Source: Marispirochaeta sp. (GTDB lineage: Bacteria; Spirochaetota; Spirochaetia; JC444; Marispirochaetaceae). From it: a DNA stretch of 64,000 nucleotides. The notes beneath the pieces were generated by a model. The model was not told the DNA's origin, made no database searches, and was given only the letters and a program-made list of their open reading frames with translations. Below, in pieces: positions 37,925-46,820 of the stretch. The DNA lies in contig CAXXFF010000002.1 of assembly GCA_963676835.2 (NCBI GenBank), forward strand, positions 1,472,001 through 1,536,000, read 5' to 3'. Both the position numbers and the translations under genes were made by a program. Every line of letters begins with the position of its first letter. Positions within the stretch are counted from its first letter, which is position 1.

Positions 37925-39084
37925 TGATTACCTTCGGATGCCGCTGCAGTACCTGCGGCCGGGAATACAGCTTCAGTCACGAAACAATGCTCTGTCCGGT
38001 ATGTTCTGCTGAGCAGGAAGCGGACCAGCCCTTAAAGGGAATACTGGAGTTTTCACTTTCCGGCTCCCCGGCTAAGGATTGGGATCCTCTGGATCTGCTG
38101 CCGGTGGAGCGGCGCTGGTTTCCTCCGGCCCCGGTGGGAAACACTCCTCTTTGGGAACCCGCCGGACTGCGGAAGGAGACAGGATTCAATAACCTGTTTA
38201 TCAAGGATGACAGTCTTAACCCCACGGGGTCTCTGAAAGACCGGGCCAGTTACTTGGTGGCAGCCTATGCCCGCAGTGTCGGGATCAAGCGTATTGTGCT
38301 TGCATCCACCGGCAATGCGGGATCATCCATGGCAGGAATCGGCGCAGCTTCCGGCCTGGATATCCGCCTTTTTCTTCCTGCGGCAGCACCTCCTGCCAAG
38401 CTGATACAGGCCCTGCAGTATGGTGCTGATCTGGTCAAGGTCGACGGAACTTACGATAAGGCCTACGACCTCGCTCTTGAAGAAGCCGGTATGGACGGCG
38501 TCATGAGCCGCAATACCGGTCATAACCCCCTGACAATCGAGGGGAAAAAGAGTGTATCCCTTGAAATATTCAGGCAGCTCGGGAACCGGGTGCCGGATTA
38601 TCTGTTTGTCTCCGCCGGTGACGGGGTAATCCTCTCCGGTGTCTACCGGGGATTTGAAGATCTGATGAGCCTGGGCCTTTCCGACAGGATGCCAACCGTG
38701 GTGGCTGTGCAGGCAGAGGGCTCCTCGGCAATTCACCGGGCGCTTAAATCCGGGGGCTTCCGGAAACCCGTACCGTCAACCACCCTGGCGGATTCCATCT
38801 CGGTGGATGTACCCCGGGGCGGCCTCTTTGCTCTGGAAAGGCTTCAGCGGCATGACGGCATTACCGTTACTGTTGCGGATGATGAAATACTTGATGCTCA
38901 GGGGCTGCTGGCTTCCGGAGCAGGACTCTTTGCAGAACCCGCTGCAGCAGCCGCCTGGGCGGGATTTCAGCAGCTTATGAGTGAGATAGATATTGATGCA
39001 AGTGTTGTTGTTCTGGTTACCGGCAGCGGTCTCAAGGATATTGACGGAGCCCGGAAGGGGCTGGAACAGCGGGGGAGAATATAG
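37924..39084 (+). CDS. Threonine-synthase-like PLP enzyme (fold type II)
   Basis: N-terminal CSTC/CPVC Zn ribbon, VGNTPL, NPTGSLKDRAS (PLP Lys), ASTGNAG, TGSGLKD. Confidence 0.85.
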   Translation: MITFGCRCSTCGREYSFSHETMLCPVCSAEQEADQPLKGILEFSLSGSPAKDWDPLDLLPVERRWFPPAPVGNTPLWEPAGLRKETGFNNLFIKDDSLNPTGSLKDRASYLVAAYARSVGIKRIVLASTGNAGSSMAGIGAASGLDIRLFLPAAAPPAKLIQALQYGADLVKVDGTYDKAYDLALEEAGMDGVMSRNTGHNPLTIEGKKSVSLEIFRQLGNRVPDYLFVSAGDGVILSGVYRGFEDLMSLGLSDRMPTVVAVQAEGSSAIHRALKSGGFRKPVPSTTLADSISVDVPRGGLFALERLQRHDGITVTVADDEILDAQGLLASGAGLFAEPAAAAAWAGFQQLMSEIDIDASVVVLVTGSGLKDIDGARKGLEQRGRI

Positions 39085-41231
39085 TGCAGAATGTTCATCC
39101 TATAAGTAAGTCCATACCGCGGCCGGACGGGAAGGAGAAGGCCGGCGGGGCGGCTGCCTATATCGCAGATTTTCCTCATCAGGATTTTCTCACCGCCCGG
39201 TTTTACCGCTCTCCTTTTACCAGAGGTACTATTACTGCTATCCATCTTCCGGAACTGCCGGATGGTTATTTTGCGGTGGATTACCGGGATGTTCCCGGGG
39301 AAAACTACATAGCCCTGATAAAAAACGACTGGCCCGCCTTCGCGGAGACCGAAATCCGCTACAAGGGTCAGATTATCCTGCTCCTGGCGGGACCGGATCC
39401 GGAGGTGGTGGATAAGCTTTTGTCGGGAATCTCCGTGGAGTACACCGAAAAAGAACCGGCGGTTACCCCCGATGACGGCCTTGCCTGCCGCGGCGGTGCC
39501 ATGCATGGTGACAATAACATCTATGCCGACCTTAATCTTGTTAAAGGCGATCCCGACGAGGCATTCCGGCAGGCAAGCCGCATTGTTGAAGGTACATACG
39601 CCACGGGCTTTCAGGAACAGCTCTATATGGAGCCCCAGGGGCTCATGGCCTGGACCGAGAAAAACGGAAAGAAAGTTGTTGTCCAGGGCACCATGCAGTG
39701 TCCCTATTATGTTAAACACTCCGCCGAAGTTGTCCTTGGCGACGGATTTGATGTCCGGGTCATTCAGACCACCACCGGAGGCGGCTTCGGAGGCAAGGAG
39801 GATTACCCCGAGATTATGGCGGGACCTCTGGTTACTGCGGCAGTTAAAATAGGAAAACCCTTAAGGATGATCTTTGACCGCACTGAGGATCTAGCATACA
39901 CCTCCAAGCGGCATCCTTCCCGCACAAGGGTTCGAACCGCCCATGATGAGTCCGGACGGATTACCGCCCTGGATTTTGACATTATCATTGACGGCGGGGC
40001 TTACGAGAGCTACTCCCTTATTGTCCTTCAGCGGGCGGTGTTCACCTCCAACGGCGTCTACAATTTTCCCAGCGCCCGGGTACGGGGCAGGGCCGTGGCT
40101 ACATCCACGGTTCCTTCAGGTGCATTCCGGGGCTTCGGCGCACCCCAGGCTCTGCATGCCCTGGAGATGCACATGACCAAAGCTTCCCGGGAGTTTGGCG
40201 AAGATACGCTGAAATTCCGGCTTCCCTACCTGCTGAAAAAAGGTGACCCTACCATAACCGGGGGAACTATCCGGGAAGAGGTGATCCTTGATCAACTTAT
40301 TGAAAAGGCCATGAATGTTTCGGATTTCCGCCGCAAACGGAAGCAGTACGCGGATGTTCCCGGGAAAGGAATAGGCCTTGCTCTGATGAATCACGGCTGC
40401 GGCTTTACCGGTGACGGCGAGCAGAAGATTATCAAGGCGAAGGTGAAGATCCGCAAGAATGCTGATGATACGGTGGATCTGCTCCTGGCCAATATCGACA
40501 TGGGCCAGGGGCCGAGGACAACCATGCGCAAGGTTGCGTCTGCCGTCCTCGGTATACCCACAGACAGAATTACCTACGATAACCCCGATACCGATCTGGT
40601 TCCCAACTCGGGGCCGACTGTAGCCAGCCGAACCATGATGGTGGTGGGCTACCTTCTTAAGGAAGCGGCGGAGAAGCTGAAAGCAATCTGGCAGCCCGGG
40701 AAGCTTCAGGTGACTGAAGCAGACTACACCATGCCACCTGGAATGGAGTGGGACCAGGAAAAACTTTCCGGTGACGCCTATGCCGCCTACGGCTGGGGGG
40801 TGAATATCGTGGAAGTCGAAACAGATCCGGTAACCTGGGAAGTTAAAGTTAACGGCGTCTGGGCTGTCTACGACGTGGGTGTTCCCATCGATGACCTGGT
40901 GGTGCAGGGACAGATCCAGGGCGGCATGAGCCAGGCCCTGGGCTATGCCAGCTGCGAAAAGCTGGAAGTAGGCGCCGATGGTGCCTTTCGGCAGGCAAGC
41001 ATGGCGGACTATATCGTGCCCACCAGTCTCGATTTTCCCCGTACCAGTGCCTATACGCTGAACAACCCTTACGAATATGGACCCTTTGGAGCCAAAGGGA
41101 TGGGTGAGATGGTCCATGATGCCGGTCACGCCGCCTACTGTGCCGCGGTGGAGCAGGCAACGGGACATGAGTGCCCGGAAATCCCCCTCACCCCGGAAAA
41201 ACTCGCGGAGATTATGCAGCATGAAAATTGA
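39084..41231 (+). CDS. Xanthine dehydrogenase-family molybdopterin-binding (large) subunit
   Basis: QEQLYMEP, GGGFGGK, GAFRGFGAPQ, DMGQG, SGPTVASR, GAKGMGE. Confidence 0.93.
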   Translation: MQNVHPISKSIPRPDGKEKAGGAAAYIADFPHQDFLTARFYRSPFTRGTITAIHLPELPDGYFAVDYRDVPGENYIALIKNDWPAFAETEIRYKGQIILLLAGPDPEVVDKLLSGISVEYTEKEPAVTPDDGLACRGGAMHGDNNIYADLNLVKGDPDEAFRQASRIVEGTYATGFQEQLYMEPQGLMAWTEKNGKKVVVQGTMQCPYYVKHSAEVVLGDGFDVRVIQTTTGGGFGGKEDYPEIMAGPLVTAAVKIGKPLRMIFDRTEDLAYTSKRHPSRTRVRTAHDESGRITALDFDIIIDGGAYESYSLIVLQRAVFTSNGVYNFPSARVRGRAVATSTVPSGAFRGFGAPQALHALEMHMTKASREFGEDTLKFRLPYLLKKGDPTITGGTIREEVILDQLIEKAMNVSDFRRKRKQYADVPGKGIGLALMNHGCGFTGDGEQKIIKAKVKIRKNADDTVDLLLANIDMGQGPRTTMRKVASAVLGIPTDRITYDNPDTDLVPNSGPTVASRTMMVVGYLLKEAAEKLKAIWQPGKLQVTEADYTMPPGMEWDQEKLSGDAYAAYGWGVNIVEVETDPVTWEVKVNGVWAVYDVGVPIDDLVVQGQIQGGMSQALGYASCEKLEVGADGAFRQASMADYIVPTSLDFPRTSAYTLNNPYEYGPFGAKGMGEMVHDAGHAAYCAAVEQATGHECPEIPLTPEKLAEIMQHEN

Positions 41232-41700
41232 TTTTACCCTGAACGGAACCCCGGTCTCTCTGGAGTCAAGCCCGGTAAAGCGCCTCCTTGATGTTCTGCG
41301 GGATGACTTTGACATGAAAGGTACCAAAGAGGGCTGCGGCGAAGGGGAGTGCGGAGCCTGCAGTATCTTTATCGACGGACGTCTTGCCAACAGCTGTCTT
41401 ATTCCGGCAGCCCAGGCGGAAGGTGCAGAGATTGTTACCATAGACGGTGTTCGCGATACTGAAGCAGGCATACTGATTACCGAAGCCTATGCGGAAGCCC
41501 ATGCGGTGCAGTGCGGGTTCTGTACCCCCGGTATGGTAATGGCCTCCATTGCCCTTTTAAAGGTAAATCCCGATCCCGACGAGCAGGCAGTGCGGGAGGG
41601 CATCTCCGGCAATATCTGCCGCTGCACCGGCTACGACATGATTATTGATGCCGTTCAGTTAGCGGCAAAGCGTGCAAAAGAGCGGGGTCTTGCATGGTGA
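41221..41700 (+). CDS. Xdh/CoxS-type 2Fe-2S subunit
   Basis: GTKEGCGEGECGAC, QCGFCTPG, CRCTGY; true start ATG 41221. Confidence 0.93.
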   Translation: MKIDFTLNGTPVSLESSPVKRLLDVLRDDFDMKGTKEGCGEGECGACSIFIDGRLANSCLIPAAQAEGAEIVTIDGVRDTEAGILITEAYAEAHAVQCGFCTPGMVMASIALLKVNPDPDEQAVREGISGNICRCTGYDMIIDAVQLAAKRAKERGLAW

Positions 41701-42569
41701 ACAGCAAGGTAGATGCATTACGCCCCGGATCCCTGGCTGAGGCGATTGATTTTCGCACCCGTACCGGTGCGCTGCCCTTTGCGGGGGGCACGGACCTGAT
41801 GGTTCGCCGCAGGAGATACACCGGCACAGCAGGCCCTGACTTCAGCGGCCCCGTACTTTTTCTCGATGGAGTTCCGGAGCTTAAACAGGTGCAGATCAAA
41901 GGAGGCATTCTTGAGGCAGGTGCTGGTGTAACCCTCAGTGATCTGCTCGCCCGTAAAGAGCTGCCTCTACTGCTTCGCCGGGGTATCGAGCTTATCGCCG
42001 CTCCGGGACTGCGCAACCGGGCAACTCTTGCAGGAAACATCTGTAATGCTTCTCCTGCGGCTGATTCCCTTCCTTCCCTGTATGTACACGGGGCGGAAGT
42101 AGTTCTTACCGGCCCTTCCGGTGAAAGGACTCTCCTTCTCTCTGATTTCATACGCGGGCCGGGTAAAACAGTACTCAAGGATGATGAACTGCTTACTGCA
42201 GTGAAGATTCCCCTGCTGGATAAGGGGCGCATCTACTACCGTAAGGTGGGCACCCGCAAGGCCAATGCCCTTTCAAAGCTGTCCGCTGCAGGATACGTCA
42301 GAACCGTGGATGGTCTTATTGAAGATTTCCGCTTCGCCCTGGGCGCCGTTGCTCCCACAGTCGTTCGTCTGAATGAGGTGGAGCAGGCGGTGCGCGGTAA
42401 AGAGCTATCAGAACTCGATGCAGATACGCTGCTTGAACTTGCTGCACCTGCGGTTTGTCCCATAGATGACCAGCGCTCCACCGCTGACTATCGTCGGCAG
42501 GTGGCATTTAACTGTCTAAAAGAATTTCTTGAACAGATACAGAATAATAACTTTCCGGAGGAAACATGA
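41694..42569 (+). CDS. Xdh/CoxM-type FAD-binding subunit
   Basis: AGGTDL, RNRATLAGNICNASPAAD, PIDDQRST. Confidence 0.92.
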   Translation: MVNSKVDALRPGSLAEAIDFRTRTGALPFAGGTDLMVRRRRYTGTAGPDFSGPVLFLDGVPELKQVQIKGGILEAGAGVTLSDLLARKELPLLLRRGIELIAAPGLRNRATLAGNICNASPAADSLPSLYVHGAEVVLTGPSGERTLLLSDFIRGPGKTVLKDDELLTAVKIPLLDKGRIYYRKVGTRKANALSKLSAAGYVRTVDGLIEDFRFALGAVAPTVVRLNEVEQAVRGKELSELDADTLLELAAPAVCPIDDQRSTADYRRQVAFNCLKEFLEQIQNNNFPEET

Positions 42570-44029
42570 TTGACCTGACCCTGAATCCAAAACAGATAGA
42601 GAAAAACGCAAAACTCTGCGCAAAAAAAGGCATACTGCTGCCCACGTTCAAACAGATGGCCGACTCTTCCCTGATACCGGAAGAGATTAAATCAGAACTG
42701 AAAAAGATAGACCTGAACGAGGTCCATTCCCGCAACCTCTACCGGGTAAGCTGGGAAAATGAGCCCACCGAAAACGGCGGCACCTATGGCGGAGTCAACT
42801 GGATGGAGCTGCCTTCAGCTCTCACCGGTGTTAAAGCCCGGATTGTCGGTCTTGTGGGCAAGTGGTTTCCCACGGGCGCCCACAAAGTAGGAGCAGCCTA
42901 CAGCTGCCTGGCCCCGACCCTGGTTACCGGACAGTTTGACCCGGAGAGCAACATGGCTGTCTGGCCTTCAACCGGAAACTACTGCCGCGGTGGTGCCTAT
43001 ATCTCCCGGCTGTTAGGCTGTAAATCCATAGCCATACTTCCGGAAGAGATGTCGAAAGAGCGCTTCAAGTGGCTGGAAACGATGGCTGACGAGACCATTG
43101 CCACCCCGGGCTGCGAGAGTAACGTAAAGGAGATCTTCGACAAGTGCCATGAACTGGATGCAGAAAGGGGAGAGCATATCTTTATTTTCAACCAGTTTGC
43201 CGAGTTCGGTAATCATCTCTGGCATCACGAAGTAACAGGACGGGCAATGGAGAAGGTGCTGAATCAGGTAATGAAACCCGGCCAGACACTGGCGGGAACC
43301 TGTATCTCTTCCGGCTCCGCCGGGACCACCGCTTCTGGAGAGTACCTGAAAACCCGCTTCCCCGGTGCAAAGCTTGCAGTCAGTGAAGCGGTGCAGTGTC
43401 CCACCCTTCTTTCCAACGGCTTCGGCGGCCACCGCATCGAAGGTATTGGGGACAAGCATGTTCCCTGGATTCACAATGTAAAGAACACCGATATGATTGT
43501 TGCGGTAGACGATGAAGCCACCATGCGGCTCCTGCGTCTTTTCAACGAGAAGGTTGGCCGGGAATATCTGGTACAGAAAGGTCTTGATCCTGCTCTTGTG
43601 TCGGTTCTGGATACTATGGGTATCAGCGGTATCTGCAATATGCTCACCGCTGTCAAGTTTGCCAAATACTACGAACTGGATGAAAACGATGTGGTAATGA
43701 CGGTCTTTACCGACTCCGAAGCCATGTATACCTCCCGCCTTCAGGAGCTTACCGAAGAGCGGGGTCCATACTCCCGGGAAAACGCCGTAGCTGACTACGA
43801 GCTGCTGATGCAGACCGGAATCGATTCACTGCTGGAGCTGCGCTATGAGGACCGCAAACGGGTTCACAACCTGAAATACTACACCTGGGTTGAGCAGCAG
43901 GGTAAAACCTACGAGGAAATCAATGCCCAGTGGTACGACCGAAACTACTGGAAGAGTATTTACGAAACCCGGGACGAACTGGACAAGCTGATTGAAGAGT
44001 TTAATGAGAAGGTGAAGGGGTATATGTGA
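42566..44029 (+). CDS. Uncharacterised PLP-dependent enzyme (fold type II, cysteine-synthase-like)
   Basis: GKWFPTGAHKVGA (PLP Lys), WPSTGNYCRGG, GSAGT, HRIEGIGDKH. Confidence 0.85.
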   Translation: MIDLTLNPKQIEKNAKLCAKKGILLPTFKQMADSSLIPEEIKSELKKIDLNEVHSRNLYRVSWENEPTENGGTYGGVNWMELPSALTGVKARIVGLVGKWFPTGAHKVGAAYSCLAPTLVTGQFDPESNMAVWPSTGNYCRGGAYISRLLGCKSIAILPEEMSKERFKWLETMADETIATPGCESNVKEIFDKCHELDAERGEHIFIFNQFAEFGNHLWHHEVTGRAMEKVLNQVMKPGQTLAGTCISSGSAGTTASGEYLKTRFPGAKLAVSEAVQCPTLLSNGFGGHRIEGIGDKHVPWIHNVKNTDMIVAVDDEATMRLLRLFNEKVGREYLVQKGLDPALVSVLDTMGISGICNMLTAVKFAKYYELDENDVVMTVFTDSEAMYTSRLQELTEERGPYSRENAVADYELLMQTGIDSLLELRYEDRKRVHNLKYYTWVEQQGKTYEEINAQWYDRNYWKSIYETRDELDKLIEEFNEKVKGYM

Positions 44030-44112
44030 GGATTTTTCTCTCACTGAGTTTACGGAGGAGACAGAGTCGAATCCGGGGAGTGCTCTTTAGATTATAAGGA
44101 ACTTCCTGGTCG

Positions 44113-44219
44113 ACCCTCACCCCGGCCCTCTCCCAGGGGGAGAGGGTGTAGGAAAGCGGGAATGTATCTACGACAGCTCCCCCTCGCCCTCTGGGAGAGG
44201 GGGCTGGGGGGGTGAGGGT
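44113..44219. repeat. REPIN-like inverted pair of CCCTCACCCC-CCCTCTCCC palindromic repeats
   Basis: ACCCTCACCCCGGCCCTCTCCCAGGGGGAGAGGG (44113-44146) and inverted unit (44179-44219). Confidence 0.85.
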
Positions 44220-44309
44220 TGGTAAAAGCTTCTTGCTGGATGTAACTGGTGCTGAAAAGCCAATATCAGGATAAAGGCTACATGTGAGAGATATTAAAAG
44301 GGGTAGAAC

Positions 44310-45674
44310 ATGCTGTTACTGAAAAACTGTTTTCATCTTGTTCAGCGGGCGGACGAACCCGGGCTTTCCGGAGTGGATCTCCTTATAGACGGAAACCGGA
44401 TTGCTGAAGTTGGGAAAAACCTGAAGGTTTCCGCGGGAGATTGCCGGGTAATAGATGCCTCAAAGCATCTGGTTATTCCCGGGCTTGTAAACACTCATCA
44501 TCATTTTTATCAGACCCTTACCCGCAACCTGCCGGCAGTTCAGAATGCAAAGCTCTTTAACTGGCTGGTCTACCTTTACGAGGTGTGGAAATATGTGGAT
44601 CAGGATGCCATTTACTGGTCTACAGCCCTTGCGACGGCAGAACTTTTAAAGACCGGCTGCACTCTTACCTCGGATCATCATTATCTGTATCCCAACAATG
44701 TTTCTGCCGACATTATGGCTACCCAGTTTGAGGCTGCCGGAGTTACAGGAATCCGTTTTTCACCTACACGAGGCTCCATGAGTCTCTCCAAAAAAGACGG
44801 CGGTCTGCCGCCGGATACGGTTGTGCAGACGGAAGATATAATTATGCAGGATTCGGAGAGGGTTATTAGAGAGTTTCATAACCCGGAGCCTTTGAGCATG
44901 CAGAAGATTGCCCTGGCTCCCTGCAGCCCTTTTTCTGACTCCGAACAGCTTTTAAAGGATACTGCTGCTCTTGCCCGGCAGCATGGTGTATTGCTGCACA
45001 CCCATCTTGCAGAAACGGAAGACGAAAACGCCTACTGCGAACGGGTATTCAAGCGCCGGCCTCTGAAGGTTATGGAAGATTGTGATTTTGTCGGCCCCGA
45101 TGTCTGGTTTGCCCACGGGGTGTTTTTCAATGATGATGAACTGAAGGTGCTGAAAGAGACTGGCTGTTCTATCGGTCACTGTCCTACCTCCAATATGCGT
45201 CTGGGCTCAGGTATCTGTCGGGTTCGGGATATGCTGGATACTGGTATAAATGTAAGCCTTGCAGTGGACGGCAGTGCCTCCAACGACTCTTCAGACATGG
45301 TTGGTGAACTGCGGAATGCCCTGCTGCTGCAACGGGTCGCCAGAGGATCGGATGCTCTGACTGCAGCGGAAGTTTTGAGGATGGGTACGGAGAACGGGGC
45401 GAAGCTGTTGAACTTTCCCGAGTGCGGCACCCTGTATCCCGGACAGGCGGCAGACATTGCCATGTTTGATATGCAGCGCATGGAGTATGCAGGGGCCTTG
45501 AGCGACCCCATGGCGGCGCTGATTTTTTCCGGCTACAATCATGGTACGGACTATACCATAGTCAACGGCAAGGTGGTGGTTGATAAGGGACGGCTAACCG
45601 GAATCACCGAAGAGGAGATCCGGGATAAGGCAAATGCTGCGGCGGAAAGGCTGTACCGTAAGGCGGATATTTGA
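44310..45674 (+). CDS. 8-oxoguanine deaminase/AtzB-like amidohydrolase
   Basis: PGLVNTHHHFYQTLTR, RGSMSL, LAPCSPFS, HTHLAET, HCPTSNMRLGSG, VDGSASND. Confidence 0.88.
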   Translation: MLLLKNCFHLVQRADEPGLSGVDLLIDGNRIAEVGKNLKVSAGDCRVIDASKHLVIPGLVNTHHHFYQTLTRNLPAVQNAKLFNWLVYLYEVWKYVDQDAIYWSTALATAELLKTGCTLTSDHHYLYPNNVSADIMATQFEAAGVTGIRFSPTRGSMSLSKKDGGLPPDTVVQTEDIIMQDSERVIREFHNPEPLSMQKIALAPCSPFSDSEQLLKDTAALARQHGVLLHTHLAETEDENAYCERVFKRRPLKVMEDCDFVGPDVWFAHGVFFNDDELKVLKETGCSIGHCPTSNMRLGSGICRVRDMLDTGINVSLAVDGSASNDSSDMVGELRNALLLQRVARGSDALTAAEVLRMGTENGAKLLNFPECGTLYPGQAADIAMFDMQRMEYAGALSDPMAALIFSGYNHGTDYTIVNGKVVVDKGRLTGITEEEIRDKANAAAERLYRKADI

Positions 45675-45703
45675 AGAAATGAGGGGCTCTCTCAGAGGGA
45701 TCA

Positions 45704-45955
45704 ACCCTCACCCCGGCCCTCTCCCAGGGGGAGAGGGTGACAGGAGCGACCGGCCATCGGAACAGAAGCCCCCTCGCCCTCTGGGAGAGGGATTGGGGGT
45801 GAGGGTTGGTTAAAATATGGGAGATGCTTTTTAGAAGCACTGATATACAGAGGGATAAAAGGATATCTCATTTGTCCTTCATGAGATCGATATTGAAGAT
45901 TGACAGCCCCCTCGCCCTTTGTCTTTTCAAAAAAAGAAGAGGGGGGGTGAGGGTT
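45704..45955. repeat. Second REPIN-like pair plus a decayed third unit
   Basis: 45704-45737 is identical to 44113-44146; inverted unit 45769-45807; degenerate unit 45907-45955. Confidence 0.85.
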
Positions 45956-46004
45956 GGTTAAATAAATGGCCTGGATTTAACAGGCTTGATACCGGGAGCG
46001 GGTT

Positions 46005-46820
46005 ATGATAATGGAGTTTAAACAGGCTTCATCGGTGGATGAAGCAGTCGGCCTGAAGAAGGACGGCTATATATTTCTGGCCGGGGGTACCCAGGTAAAC
46101 AGCACCCCCTTCAAGATGCGACACGAGAGTCATAGACGGGAGAAGGTTGTCTCTCTTGCCGGCCTCGGACTGGAAGGGATCAGCAGTGAGGGCGGCGATG
46201 TTATTGTAGGGGCTACGACAACCCTGCAGGATATTGCCGACAGCAGTGAAGTTCCTCAGGCTTTAAAAGATGCAGCAGGTTTTATCCCTACCCGTAGTGT
46301 GCGGAACATTGCCACCATCGGCGGTAATGTGGGAGCAAAGAGGCCGGACTCCTATGTGATTCCCGCTCTTATTGCCCTTGGAGCCTTGGCTGAAACAGTA
46401 AATGGCAGTGTCAGTGTGGAAGAGTATGTCTCCACGGATGCGGAAGATCTGATCTTAGGCTTCCGGATACCGGCGGTCGATTCGGGAAAAAAGAGTGTCT
46501 GCCGTGCGGTTAAGGAATCACGTTCTCATGTAGCCCTGCCGGTGGTGAGTGCTGCTGTAAGTGCAGCTTCCGAAGGCGGAAAAGTATCAGAAATTATTAT
46601 TGCCGCCGGCTGTGTTGCTGCAAAAACAATCCGGCTTTCTGCAGTCGAGGAGGGCATCCTTTCCGGTGCTGTATCTCTGGAAGGAGAGTTCCTTGAAACC
46701 GCTATTGCCGGAGCCCTGCATCCGGCAGAAGACATTCTCGGCAGCAGAGCTTTTAAAACCTACCTGAACTCGGTGCTTATTGCGGACCTTGTACGGGGCT
46801 GCATCCGTGAGGTGGTGTAA
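46005..46820 (+). CDS. ygfM: YgfM-like FAD-binding subunit
   Basis: FLAGGTQVN, RSVRNIATIGGN; directly upstream of xdhD as in E. coli. Confidence 0.75.
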   Translation: MIMEFKQASSVDEAVGLKKDGYIFLAGGTQVNSTPFKMRHESHRREKVVSLAGLGLEGISSEGGDVIVGATTTLQDIADSSEVPQALKDAAGFIPTRSVRNIATIGGNVGAKRPDSYVIPALIALGALAETVNGSVSVEEYVSTDAEDLILGFRIPAVDSGKKSVCRAVKESRSHVALPVVSAAVSAASEGGKVSEIIIAAGCVAAKTIRLSAVEEGILSGAVSLEGEFLETAIAGALHPAEDILGSRAFKTYLNSVLIADLVRGCIREVV

